Shown: piece by piece, positions 45,771 through 57,320 of the stretch
Layout of the letters: every line of letters begins with the position of its first letter
Position numbering within the stretch: position 1 is the stretch's first letter
Source of the DNA: the human T2T-CHM13v2.0 reference genome, Homo sapiens
Length of the DNA stretch: 64,000 nucleotides
Strand: one strand, 5' to 3'
Assembly: GCF_009914755.1 (NCBI RefSeq)
Contig: NC_060938.1
Notes under the pieces: model-generated
The model's input: only the letters and a program-made list of their open reading frames with translations
Told to the model about the DNA's origin: nothing
Database searches by the model: none
Program-made: the position numbers and the translations under genes

Positions 45771-45927
45771 TAGGACAAGAATAAGTCTCTTTCAGCCATA
45801 AAACTGACTCTATGATTTAAAACTCAGGATATACCAGATTATAAAAGCCCCATGTTGACATTATTCACAATAAATAAATACATAACTGTATTCTTTTTCA
45901 TATATATAATATCTTTGGTTTACATGA

Positions 45928-46999
45928 TGTTGCGGGAAGTCAGGGACCCCAAACGGAGGGACCGACTGAAGCCATGGCAGAAGAACATAAACTGTGAAGA
46001 TTTCATGGACATTTATTAGTTCCCCAAATTAATACTTTTATAATTTCTTACACCTATCTTTACTGCAATCTCTGAACATAAATTGTGAAGATTTCATGGA
46101 CATTTATCCCTTCCCTAATCAATACTTTTGTGATTTCCTATGCCTGTCTTTACTTTAATCTCTTAATCCCGTCATCTTCATAAGCTGAGGATGTATGTCA
46201 CCTCAGGACCCTGTGATGATTGCATTAACTGCACAAATTGTTCATAAAGCATGTGTGTTGAAACAATATGAAATCTGGGCACCTTGAAAAAAGAACAGGA
46301 AAACACCGACGTTCAGGAACAAGGGAGATAACCATTAGGTCTGACAGCCTGAGAGCTGGGTGGAACAGAGCCATATTTCTCTTCTTACAAAAGCGAATAG
46401 GAGAAATATCACTGAATTCTTTTTCTCAGCAAGGAACAGCCCTAAGAAAGAGATGCATTCCTAAGGGGATGTCTCTAAAATGGCCACTCTGCAAACATCT
46501 GTCTTATATGGTTGCAGATAAGGGATGAAATAAGCCCTGGTCTCCCGTAGCACTCCCAGGCCTATTAGGATGAGGAAATTCCTGCCTAGTAAATTTTAGT
46601 TAGACTGGTTGTCTGCTCTCAAACCCTGTCTCCTGATAAGATGTTATCAATGACAATGAGTGCCCGAAACTTCATTAACGATTTTAATTTTGCCCCGGTC
46701 CTGTGATCTCACTCTGCCCCCATTTGCCTTGTGATATTTTATTGCCTTGTGAAGCATGTGATCTCTGTGACCCACACCCTATTCATAAACTCCCTCCCCT
46801 TTGAAAATCACTAATAAAAACTTGCTGGTTTTGCGGCTTGGGGGGCATCACAGAACCTGCCGACATGTGATGTCTCCCCCAGAACCCCAGCTTTAAAATT
46901 TCTCTCTTTTGTACTCTTTTCCTTTATTTCTCAGACAGGCCAACACTTAGGGAAACAGAAAAGAACCTACGTGAAATATTGGGGGTGGTTTCCCCAATA
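45928..46999 (+). mobile_element. MER11 (B/C-like) solo LTR of HERV-K11/HML-8
   Basis: Starts TGTTGCGGGAAGTCAGGGACCCC, 1072 bp, internal ~91-bp duplicated block, AATAAA near 46813, ends GGTTTCCCCAATA; imperfect TSD ACATGA/ACATAT. Confidence 0.92.
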
Positions 47000-48199
47000 A
47001 CATATTTCTTTGCAAATATTCTATAAATCAAGAGGGTCCTTTCAATTGTCACACATTGTATGTTCAGACACCAGAACATTATTTGATGGAGAAGGAAGGA
47101 CAGTCAATATGTGCTGAACACAGTATGTACTGGGGGGCAGGGGAAGTATTAGAAATGAATAATATCCCATTTACAGATAAGGAATACTAAGCTCCAAATT
47201 CATTAACTCTGAATGCCACTCAATGAGAACAGAGTAAAGCCAAGATTCAGATCTGATTTGATGGTTTGTGTATTTATTTGCTGTACCTCAAAGCCCATAC
47301 TGTTTAATGTCTACAAAATATAATTATTACATAATCTCCATTTTTCTGAGCTCTTAGAAGACTAGTAAAAAAATGCACAAGTAGAGGATTACAATATAAT
47401 GTTAAATGCTTACTAGGTGTCAGCTAGTTGACTCAGACTAGTTCTTTCTCATGTGAATGTGTCGTATCTTCAATAAATTGCAAAACTCCTGATGTTACGA
47501 GACCACATCAATCTCAAAATCCTGCTGAGAGTTTATAGAATATAGAACTCAAAACTTTGTTCACCAAATACATAGAGCAAGAGTTTCAGGTAAGGAGGAG
47601 GTAGTGTTTCCCTTGGAGTGGAAATGCACAGGCAGTGAGGAGAGAGTCAAAACTTGAAAAATACTTCATACTTCTTAGAAAGTTGTTTTCTGGTACAAAA
47701 AAAAATGTCCTTTTCAAGTCACAGAAACTCCCTGAGCTTCCTGAAAATAAACCAAAAATATATAATCAAAACCACCTTAGGTCTCAGAGCCCATTCCTGC
47801 TCCACTCACTTATGTGTTTCCTCTCCTCCCAGCAGGTTGACTTCCATCTCTTCCTTGAGGAATCCCAGCTCAAACTCAGTGAAGGTCAGGGTTTATAAGA
47901 CTTCCAGGAGGCTGGCAGCCTCCACATACTTCCTGGTCCCTATCTGGACCTGGAAGAACCACCCCCAGTCCTTCCAGAGTTCCCCAGAACTAAGCTCCCT
48001 TACAGGACACACAGGAGGTGGGGCATTTTCTTCCAAAGCCCCTGAAGGTGAAAGATGTCAATTCTTCTGTTTCTCTGCAAGTCAAGACACCTGCTGTACT
48101 TAGCTGTAGTTGTTGAGTGCAGGAAAGACTGAACATCTTATTCATTTATTTGTTTTTGCTGGAAGCACAAGGATTCAGCCATAGCTGGTCATGCACAGG

Positions 48200-49330
48200 T
48201 GTAGTCAACTTTGTTGATTATCTACCCAAAATTTCTTTCTTTTTTAAAATACTCTTAACTTTTATTTTAGATTCAGGGGGTACACGTGCAGATTTGTTAC
48301 ATGAGTACATTTTGTGATGCTGAGGTTTGGGGGGATCCTATCACCCAGGCAGTGAGCATAGTATCCAATAGTTAGTTTTTCAACCCTTGCTCCCCTCCCT
48401 CCCCACTCTAGTAATCCCCAGTTTCTATTCTTGTCATCTTTATGTCCATGTGCATCCAATGTTTAGCTCCCACTTATAAGTGAGAACATGCGGTATTTGG
48501 TTTTCTGTTCCTGCATTAATTTATTATACTTAGCATAACAGCTTCCAGTTGCATCTATGTTACTTCAAAGGACATGATTTCATTCCTTTTTATGGCCGCA
48601 TAGTATTCCATAATGTATATATAACACATTTTATTTATCCAGTCCTCTGTTGATGGGCACCTAGATTGATTCCATGTCTTCGCTATTGTGAGTAATGCTG
48701 TGAGGAACATACAAGCACATGTGTCTTCTTAGTAAAACAATTTATTTTCTTGTGAATATATACCCAGTCATGGGATTGCTGAGTCAAACGGTAGTTCTGT
48801 TTTAAGTTCTCTGAGAAATCTCCAAACCGCTTTCCACAGTCTACCCAGAATTTCTAACCCTGGATTTTCTCTGGGCAATCCATACACTATATATAGCCTG
48901 TGCTTCATTAAACTAGTCATGCTAATTCCATTCTCCTTGCTAGGAACTGGTTTTGCAATGAGTATTAGATGCAACTCTGACCAATGAGATGAGAAAAGTC
49001 TGCTGGGGGTTGGAGGAGTAGTGAAAGTCTGAGAAAGGTTTCCTTGCTCATAGAGACATCTAGGAGGAAGCAGCCTCTTCTTTCTCTATGTCAGACAACA
49101 GTAAACATCACAATGCTCTTGCAACCTCAAAGGGAATTAGTCTGAGGATAGAATTAAAAAGCTGAAGGTGGCAGAGAGAAAAAAATGGGAAGAACCAGGG
49201 TCTGTGACTTACCAACTCTGGAGCTGCCCGACTACAGGGCCTCCTCTAATGGGAAATGAGAAGATCTCTCACTGTTTAAGTTCTTTTGAGTTGGGCTTTC
49301 CTTGTCCTTGAAAATCTCCAAGTATACTGG
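48200..49330 (+). mobile_element. MLT1J/K-like MaLR LTR split by an L1PA16-like insertion
   Basis: CTCTGACCAATGAGATGAGAAAAGTCTGCTGGGG, GGCAGAGAGAAAAAAATGGGAAGAACCAGGGTC, TGTTTAAG...GAGTTGGGCTTTC. Confidence 0.65.
48237..48839 (-). mobile_element. 5'-truncated L1PA16-like LINE-1
   Basis: L1PA16-type 3' UTR (TTCAACCCTTGCTCCCCTCCC...ATGTTTAGCTCCCACTTATAAGTGAG); 16-bp TSD TCTACCCA(A/G)AATTTCT at 48221 and 48840. Confidence 0.88.
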
Positions 49331-50127
49331 AGAACCAATGAGTAGGACAACAAGTGGAACAGCTCTCTTGTTAATGCGAAATATCAAGAAGCCAAGCATA
49401 AAAAGATTTAACAAAATAGAAAGCTTTAGTTGGCAAGGCAGTAGCAATTCTGGGTGCAATATAATGTCTGTCACTTGAGTTTGTCTTCTGGTTGAGCCAC
49501 CTATTGGATTTGGGGACCATGATTAAATATTGAAAGAACAATTCATTCTTTAAATTCAATAAGCAGCATCCCAACCCTTAAGGACTCCCTCTGACAGAGT
49601 GAATTGTACAGGAGGACTCTTCCTTAGTCTAAAATCAAACATTGTGCAGCTTCGGCAGTTCTAGAGCTCCATTGCTTCTTCTACAATGAGATACTGGTGC
49701 TCAGCAGATAACCCATCAGAGGGTGCTGAGGATGAGAGCAGCGGTGGAGTCCATGGAGCCTGCAGCACCTGGTGGAGCACTACAAGTTCTCAACCCCCAT
49801 CCTGTGGCAGACATGGCATCCAGCAGTGCAGTACTACTACCTGCCAGGGACCACAGTGCTCAGAGTCTCACAGCACCACCTGTCAAAGTGGATGGGGCTG
49901 GACTGCAACCACGTGTGAGGCCTTCCCTAGGGATACCCAGAGATACTTAGGGGAATATCGCTAGGAGATGGGAGCAAGACCCCTGCACCAACAGGTGGGA
50001 GCAAAAGCAAAGGAAATGTGAGTGATTGCTGTTTCTGTCACCTCATCCATCTCAAAGGTGGCTAAAAGAAAGTAACTGTGAAGAAATCAAGCCTTGGTAG
50101 CCCATTAGGAAGGGAGCTAGCATAATA

Positions 50128-53100
50128 CAGTCATGCATCATTTGATGACAGGGATATGTTCTGAGATATGCATCACTATGCTATTTTGTCATTGTGTGAA
50201 CATCATAGAGTGTACTTACACAAACCTAGATGGTGTAGCCTACTACACACCTAAGCCACATTATGTGGTCTTGCTCCTAGGCTACAGACCTGTGCAGCAT
50301 GTTACTGTACTGAATACCGTAAGCAATTATAACACAATGGTAAGTATTTGTATATCTAAACGCATCCAAACATAGAAAAGATACAGTAAAAATATGGAAT
50401 AAAAAATTAAAAAATGGCGCTTCTGCATAGGGCACTTACCATGAGAGCTTGTAGGACTGGATGTTGCTCTAGATGAGTCAGTAAGTGAGTGGTGAGAGAA
50501 TGTGAAGGCCTAGGACATTACTGTACACTACCATAGACTATAAACACTGTGGACTTAGGCTACACGAAATTTATTTAAAATTTTTCTCTTTTCCTCTCCC
50601 TCTCCCTCTCCCTCTCCCCACGGTCTCCCTCTCCCTCTCTTTCCACAGTCTCCCTCTGATGCCAAGCCGAAGCTGGACTGTACTGCTGCCATCTCGGCTC
50701 ACTGCAACCTCCCTGCCTGATTCTCCTGCCTTGGCCTGCCCAGTGCCTGCGATTGCAGGCGCGCGCCGCCACGCCTGACTGGTTTTCGTATTTTTTTGGT
50801 GGAGACGGGGTTTCGCTGTGTTGGCCGGGCTGGTCTCCAGCTCCTAACCGCGAGTGATCCGCCAGCCTTGGCCTCCCGAGGTGCCAGGGTTACAGACGGA
50901 GTCTGGTTCACTCAGTGCTCAATGGTGCCCAGGCTGGAGTGCAGAGGCGTGATCTCGGCTCGCTACAACCTCCACCTCCCAGCCGCCTGCCTTGGCCTCC
51001 CAAAGTGCCGAGATTGCAGCCTCTGCCCAGCCGCCACCCCGTCTGGGAAGTGAGGAACGTCTCTGCCTGGCCGCCCATCGTCTGGGACGTGAGGAGCCCC
51101 TCTGCCTGGCTGCCCAGTCTGGAAAGTGAGGAGCATCTCTGCCCGGCCGCCATCCCATCTAGGAAGTGAGGAGCACCTCTGCCCGGCAGCCACCCCGTCT
51201 GGGAAGTGAGGAGCGTCTCCGCCCGGCAGCCACCCCGTCCGGGAGGGAGGTGGGGGTCAGCCCCCGCCAGGCCAGCCGCCCCGTCCGGGAGGGAGGTGGG
51301 GGGGTCAGCCCCCCGCCAGGCCAGCCGCCCCGTCCAGGAGGGAGGTGGGGGGGTCAGCCCCCCCGCCCGGCCAGCCGCCCCGTCCAGGAGGTGAGGGGCA
51401 CCTCTGCCCGGCCGCCCCTACTGGGAAGTGAGGAGCCCCTCTGCCCGGCCAGCTGCTCCGTCCGGGAGGGAGGTGGGGGGGTCAGCCCCCCGCCCGGCCA
51501 GCCACCCCATCCGGGAGGGAGGTAGGGGGGTCAGCCCCCCGCCCGGCCAGCCACCCCGTCCGGGAGGGAGGTGGGGGGGTCAGCCCCCTGCCCAGCCAGC
51601 CGCCCCATCCAGGAGGGAGGTGGGGGGGTCAGCACCCCCGCCCGGCCAGCTGCCCCATCCGGGAGGTGAGGGGCGCCTCTGCCTGGCCGCCCCTACTGGG
51701 AAGTGAGGAGCCCCTCTCCCGGCCAGCCGCCCCGTCTGGGAGGGAGGTGGGGGGGTCAGCCCCCCGCCCGGCCAGCCACCCCGTCCGGGAGGGAGGTGGG
51801 GGGGTCAGCCCCCCGCCCGGCCAGCCGCCCCGTCTGGGAGGGAGGTGGGGGGGTCAGCACCCCCGCCCGGCCAGCCGCCCCATCCGGGAGGTGAGGGGCG
51901 CCTCTGCCCGGCCGCCCCTACTGGGAAGTGAGGAGCCCCTCTCCCGGCCAGCCGCCCCGTCTGGGAGGGAGGTGGGGGGGTCAGCACCCCCGCCTGGCCA
52001 GCCACCCCATCCGGGAGGTGAGGGGCGCCTCTGCCCGGCCGCCCCTACTGGGAAGTGAGGAGCCCCTCTCCCGGCCAGCCGCCCCGTCTGGGAGGGAGGT
52101 GGGGGGGTCAGCCCCCCGCCCGGCCAGCCACCCCGTCCGGGAGGGAGGTGGGGGGGTCAGCCCCCCGCCCGGCCAGCCGCCCCGTCCGGGAGGTGAGGGG
52201 CGCCTCTGCCCGACCGCCCCTACTGGGAAGTGAGGAGCCCCTCTGCCTGACCAGCCGCCCCGTCCGGGAGGGAGGTGGGGGGGTCAGCCCCCCGCCCGGC
52301 CAGCCGCCCTGCCCGGGAGGTGAGGGGCGCCTCTGCCCGGTCGCCCCTACTGGGAAGTGAGGAGCCCCTCTGCCCGGCCACCACCCCGTCTGGGAGGTGT
52401 GCCCAGCAGCTCACTGAGAACGGGCCATGATGACAATGGCGGTTTTGTGGAGTAGAAACGGGGGAAAGGTGGGGAAAGGATTGAGAAATCGGATGGTTGC
52501 CATGTCTGTGCGGAGAGAGGTAGACATGGGAGACTTTTCGTTTTGCTCTGTACTAAGAAAAATTATTATCCTGTTGATCGGTGACCTTGCCCCCAACCCT
52601 GTGCTCTCTGAAACATGTGCTGTGTCCACTCAGGGTTAAATGGATTAAGGGCGGTGCAAGATGTGCTTTGTTAAACAGATGCTTGAAGGCAGCATGCTCC
52701 TTAAGAGTCATCACCACTCCCTAATCTCAAGTACCCAGGGACACAAACACTGCGGAAGGCCGCAGGGTCCTCTGCCTAGGAAAACCAGAGACCTTTGTTC
52801 ACTTGTTTATCTGCTGACCTTCCCTCCACTATTGTCCTATGACCCTGCCAAATCCCCCTCTGCGAGAAACACCCAAGAATGAACAATAAAAATAAAAATA
52901 AACAAACAAACAAACAAACAAAATTTTTCTCTTTTCGATAATAAACTAGCTCACTGTAACTTTTTTAATTTATAAACTTTTAAATTTAACTTTTTGACTC
53001 TTGTAGTAACACTTAGCTTAAAACATTATAAAGTTGTATAAAAATAATTTCTTTCTTTATATCCCTATTCTGTAAGCTTTTTTCTATTAAATTTTTTTTA

Positions 53101-53288
53101 TTACTTTTAAAATTTGCTTGTTAAAAACTAAGACACAAACACATACATTAGGTTAGGCCTATACAAGGCCAGGATTGTCAGGATATCACTATGCAATAGG
53201 AATTTTTCAGCTTGATTCTGATCTTTGGGACCGCCATCATAGGCGCGGTCTGTCATTGACAGAAACGTCATTTTGTGGCATATGACTG
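50128..53288 (+). mobile_element. Tigger3 (GOLEM)-family TcMar DNA transposon, internally deleted (~820 bp), split by the SVA
   Basis: TA-CAGTCATGC ... GCATATGACTG-TA termini; body AGAGTGTACTTACACAAACCTAGATGGTGTAGCCTACTACACACCTA. Confidence 0.9.
50594..52919 (+). mobile_element. Full-length SVA retrotransposon (SVA_D-like)
   Basis: (CCCTCT)n head, Alu-like region, GC-rich VNTR (~51020-52400), SINE-R, AATAAA and A-rich tail; perfect 17-bp TSD AAAATTTTTCTCTTTTC at 50577-50593 and 52920-52936. Confidence 0.96.
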
Positions 53289-53722
53289 TATTTTAATGGA
53301 AGTTCCTGCAAAGTAATAGGTCAGTAGTTTAGACAGAGTATGCAATTGCCCTCTTAGAGTCATTTTGCTTTGAGTCTATCCAAGGCAGGATCGTAAGTAA
53401 CCAGGGAAACAGATGAGGATAACTTGTTGGGAGGACAAGAGTCTATTAACCAGATCAGCCTTCAAATAATTCTGGTGATAGAAACCATCACCTGAAACTG
53501 TACTTAACATTTTAAATCAGATAAACTAAATAGGCAGGAATTACTAAGATTCAATCATAGAGGATTTGAAGTAGTAGAAATTTAGGACAATTGACCTGGG
53601 ACTATAAAAGTGGCAGAATGAAGCCTCCCCAGATTCACGTGGAATCCGTGCTGAAACAATATCCTGAGTGACTGTGTTCCCAAATCTGCTGTCATTGTTG
53701 GTTCTAACCCAGGTAAAGTAGG

Positions 53723-53767
<45 letters not shown>
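53723..53767. repeat. (GT)n microsatellite (~20 units)
   Basis: Direct reading of the sequence. Confidence 0.95.
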
Positions 53768-53768
<1 letters not shown>

Positions 53769-54027
53769 TCAAAGACCCAAGGTCATGGTAAGGAGCACAC
53801 CAGCTCTCTTACTTGGCCTTCATGGACCAAAAGAGAAACTGGGAGATCCAAACCCATATGCCTAAACCTGTAACACAGAGGGCTATTTTTACCCAGGCAA
53901 GAATCTAATGATCAGAGCAAAGAGGAAGCAATGTGAAGCCATCAAGATGAGACTTCAAGATGATCTGAGATGACAAAAAAATCAGTGGCAGAATTAGGGG
54001 AACTGGCCAGACCTGACTTCCCCCAAC

Positions 54028-54282
54028 TGGGAATCTGAGACGGGCGGATTACTTGAGGTCAGGATTTCAAGACCAGCCTGGCCAACATGGTGAAACCACA
54101 TCTCTACTAAGAATACAAAATTACCTGGGCATGGTGGTGTGTGCCTGTAATCCCAGCTACTCGGGAGGAGGGAGGGTCACTTGAACCCAGGAGGTGGAGG
54201 TTAACAGTGAGCTAATAATGATGCCGCTGCACTCCAACCTGGGTGACAGAGCAAGATTCTGTCTCAAAAAAAAAAAAAAAAA
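54028..54282 (+). mobile_element. 5'-truncated AluS
   Basis: GGGCGGATTACTTGAGGTCAGG...CTGTCTC followed by A17. Confidence 0.88.
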
Positions 54283-55059
54283 CCAGGGAAACTTTTACCC
54301 TCTTAAATCTCAAAAATAAATAAATAAATATAGCACTTTGGGGCAGTCAGTAAAGGGTTGAAGTAAATGGGAAATGGTTCCTTTCGCCATAATAGAATGT
54401 TCATTCTGAAAAGTGGAGTATGGAGGCACTAATTATGACATGGTCTAGAGCAAGGTTCTATATATATGTATACATGAGTTTTAAAAGGGGGTGGAGGTTC
54501 CTTTAAATACATACAGTTATCTCCAAAGGAATGTTCTAGTTCCTGGGATTGGCTTGGGGAGGGGGTGAGGCTTACAGCAGGGTTAGGTTCCAGAAGCTTA
54601 ATCAGGCAGGACATTAGAGTCCAGGGGGGCAAGAAGCAGAGACTGAGTGAAAATACAGAACCACATTCAAGAGAGCATGTGGGGATCAACCCGGAGAATC
54701 CAGTCCAACCCAAGATCAAGGGGCTGGCTCCAAGCCAAGAACAGGAAAAGAAGCCAGGAGAGTGAAAGAAGGAAAGGAGGAAAGACTGGCCCAAAGTCAG
54801 AGAGTTAGAGAGCTTATTGTATACAAGATCAGGTGCCTGAAGGGCTCTCATATTGGGCTCCAGCCACACAGGTTTGAATAGTCAACCTGGCTTAAAGGAA
54901 CACATAAGAGTGAAATTGAATGATCCAAGGAAAAATAAATGCCAGAAAAACTCTGTCTCCACTCTCAGCTATCTCAACTATCAATCTCATTTCTCACACA
55001 CTCGTAAACAAATTTGTTTATGAGATGCCTGTCCACATTTGGGAATCATTTGGGAATAC

Positions 55060-55340
55060 TTTTTTTTTTTTTTAAAGAGCTAGCTCACTGCAGCCTCAAA
55101 CTCAGAGACAGCTCACTGCAGCCTCAAGCTCCTGGGCTCAAGGGATCCTTCCACCTCAGCCCCCCAAGTAGCTGGGCCTACAGGCACACGCCACCATGTC
55201 TGACTAATTTTAAAATTTTTTGTAGAGACAGAGTCTCACTATGTTGCCCAGGCAGGTCTGGAACTCCTGGGCTCCAGCAATCCTTCACCTCAGTCTCCCA
55301 ATGTGCTGGGATTGCAGGCATGAATCATCATGCCTGACCA
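55060..55340 (-). mobile_element. AluJo-like element with a rearranged 3' end
   Basis: Antisense J-type Alu; AGCTCACTGCAGCCTCAA occurs twice and the usual TCTCACTCTGTCACCCAGGCTGGAGTGCAGTGG segment is missing. Confidence 0.85.
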
Positions 55341-56734
55341 CAGATAACTTTTTTAAAAATATAATTTCTGACAGAGTTTCAAAGAAGTTGTAGGGGAGAT
55401 CCAATAGAAGAAAAAAAACGATCACTTTCAGTAAGGAAGAGAAAGGAAGAAAATATGCCAATATTTTTGGTGATCCACTATGTGCCACTCATGGATTCTC
55501 ACCACAGCCCTGAATATTTTTATCCCCAGTCTTTATAAGAAGAAACCAAGACTCAGAAAAGTCCATCCCTAGGTAATACAGCAGAGACAGATACAGGCCC
55601 AGATATGACTCCAAAGCTTCCTCTTGGGAGAATTAGGGAAGTTTCAAGGCAGAAATGGCATGTGGTCTGAAGATGCAAGATAGCTAGGAGAAGCTAAAAG
55701 GGAGTTGCCAAAAGTGAGCAAATGAAGAAAGACGGAAAATGCAATCATTGTTTAAGAATGCATAGTACTGAATTAATTGGAAAAGGTTGGGGAGAAGTGC
55801 ATCAAGAAGAGCCACAGAGAAGTGGAAGGGTAAGTTGTGATCAGAGCCTGGAAATGAGCCCATGTGTCACCCTTGTGCTACCTATGTGTCCTACAGCTAC
55901 TATAGTGTCCCCTTAGGTAAATCATGGCAAGTCAAATTAAAGTTTATATCTAATTTTCAGTATAGGAATCAAGGCTCCTTAACTTGCACCAGATCATATA
56001 CAGGGACTCTTTTAGAGTCAGAAGAAGACTGGAAACAAAGCCTGAACCTGGCAAACATCCAGTGGAGACCTCATTCCTGGGCTTTTATGGCATGTTTTGT
56101 TTTCAAAGAACGTTTCAGCTTCTGGAATATCACACTTATTTAAAATTCTATGATCTATAGTGATGAAACTCCTCAGTTCATCCCTGGGGCTCCCAGGCTG
56201 TCACATAAACTAGTGTTTTACTTCTAGCTTATACCTTAGAGAGTCTGGAGACTACTGGAGCTTTTCCATGTGTCCCTGTGAGGATCACAGCATTGCCATC
56301 CCTCCGCAGGCTTCCTCTGCAGTCTGTGCCTCTGACCTCTGTGCTCATCTGTTTCCCATGATTCCTACTGGGCCCCAGGGTGGAGCAGTATAACATAGTA
56401 CCGCATAATTCACTTTCCTAGAGCATCCTTCATGCAAGCTATCACAGGGAGCTAATCAAACGCTGACGAGAAAGGGTCTGTCTCAGGATAAGATTTAAAG
56501 GGAGGAACTGATTTAATGGCTCAGGAGGCAGAAAAGAAATTTCAGATGGATGAGTTAGAAGAAGTGAAAGAACAACCCCCACTGTCATAAACCATGGGTG
56601 GAGAGAAGTCACTACATCTGGGGAAAAAGAACATGAAGGGGTAGAGGAGTAGCTGGCACCCTGAGACACTACCCATACTCTCCCAACCAAAGCTGATTGG
56701 ATTTCATTCAGGAGAGCAAGGGGAACATTACAAA

Positions 56735-57320
56735 GCCTTCAGGTTCGAGGAGGAGAAAACCCAACCAAGACAATTTGAACAATAAGGAAATATTATTATC
56801 TCACATAGCAAGAAGTCCTAAGAGAGAGTGGTTTGATTGATTTAGTGGCCCAACAATGTCATAAAAGTCCCAGACTCTTGCTATCTTTCTACTCCGAAGC
56901 CCTCAGTGAGTAGATTTCTCCTCAGATGTGCTATTCCCAGGGTCATAGGATGTCTGGCTCAGTTCCAAGCATCGCACTCAGAAACAGGAACATGTAAGAC
57001 ACAACAATAGGCATCAACAGAAGAAAGAGAGGCTTTTTCTACTGTGGGTTTCTCCACTCCCCTTTTAAGGGTGAGAAAATATTTCCCAGAAGCTCCCAGA
57101 AGACTTAGCCCTTATATCTCTTTCACCAGGATTGGAACCCAGTCCCTTTCTAAACCATACTCTAGCAAGATGAATAGGATAACCATGATTGGTTCAGACG
57201 AATCAAGATTCACTTCTGAGTCCTGTAGAAGTGTGGGCCACCCCCACAAAGTCGGGGCTTTGCCCGAAAGGAAGAAGGAAACAGTACTGACTGAAATGCC
57301 AGTTCACCATGTCTGCTACA
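56735..57320 (-). mobile_element. MLT1K/L-like MaLR LTR
   Basis: AACAATAAGGAAATATTATTATCTCACATAGCAAGAAGTCC, TTTCCCAGAAGCTCCCAG, AACCATGATTGGTTCAGAC, ending GTCTGCTACA. Confidence 0.65.

Noticed and set aside
50575-52882. Many overlapping Pro/Gly/Arg-rich ORFs and a regularly repeated array resembling CRISPR or a repeat protein
   Set aside because: This is the SVA VNTR and flanking SVA domains. Units are tandem without unique spacers, and GC-rich repeats lack stop codons by composition
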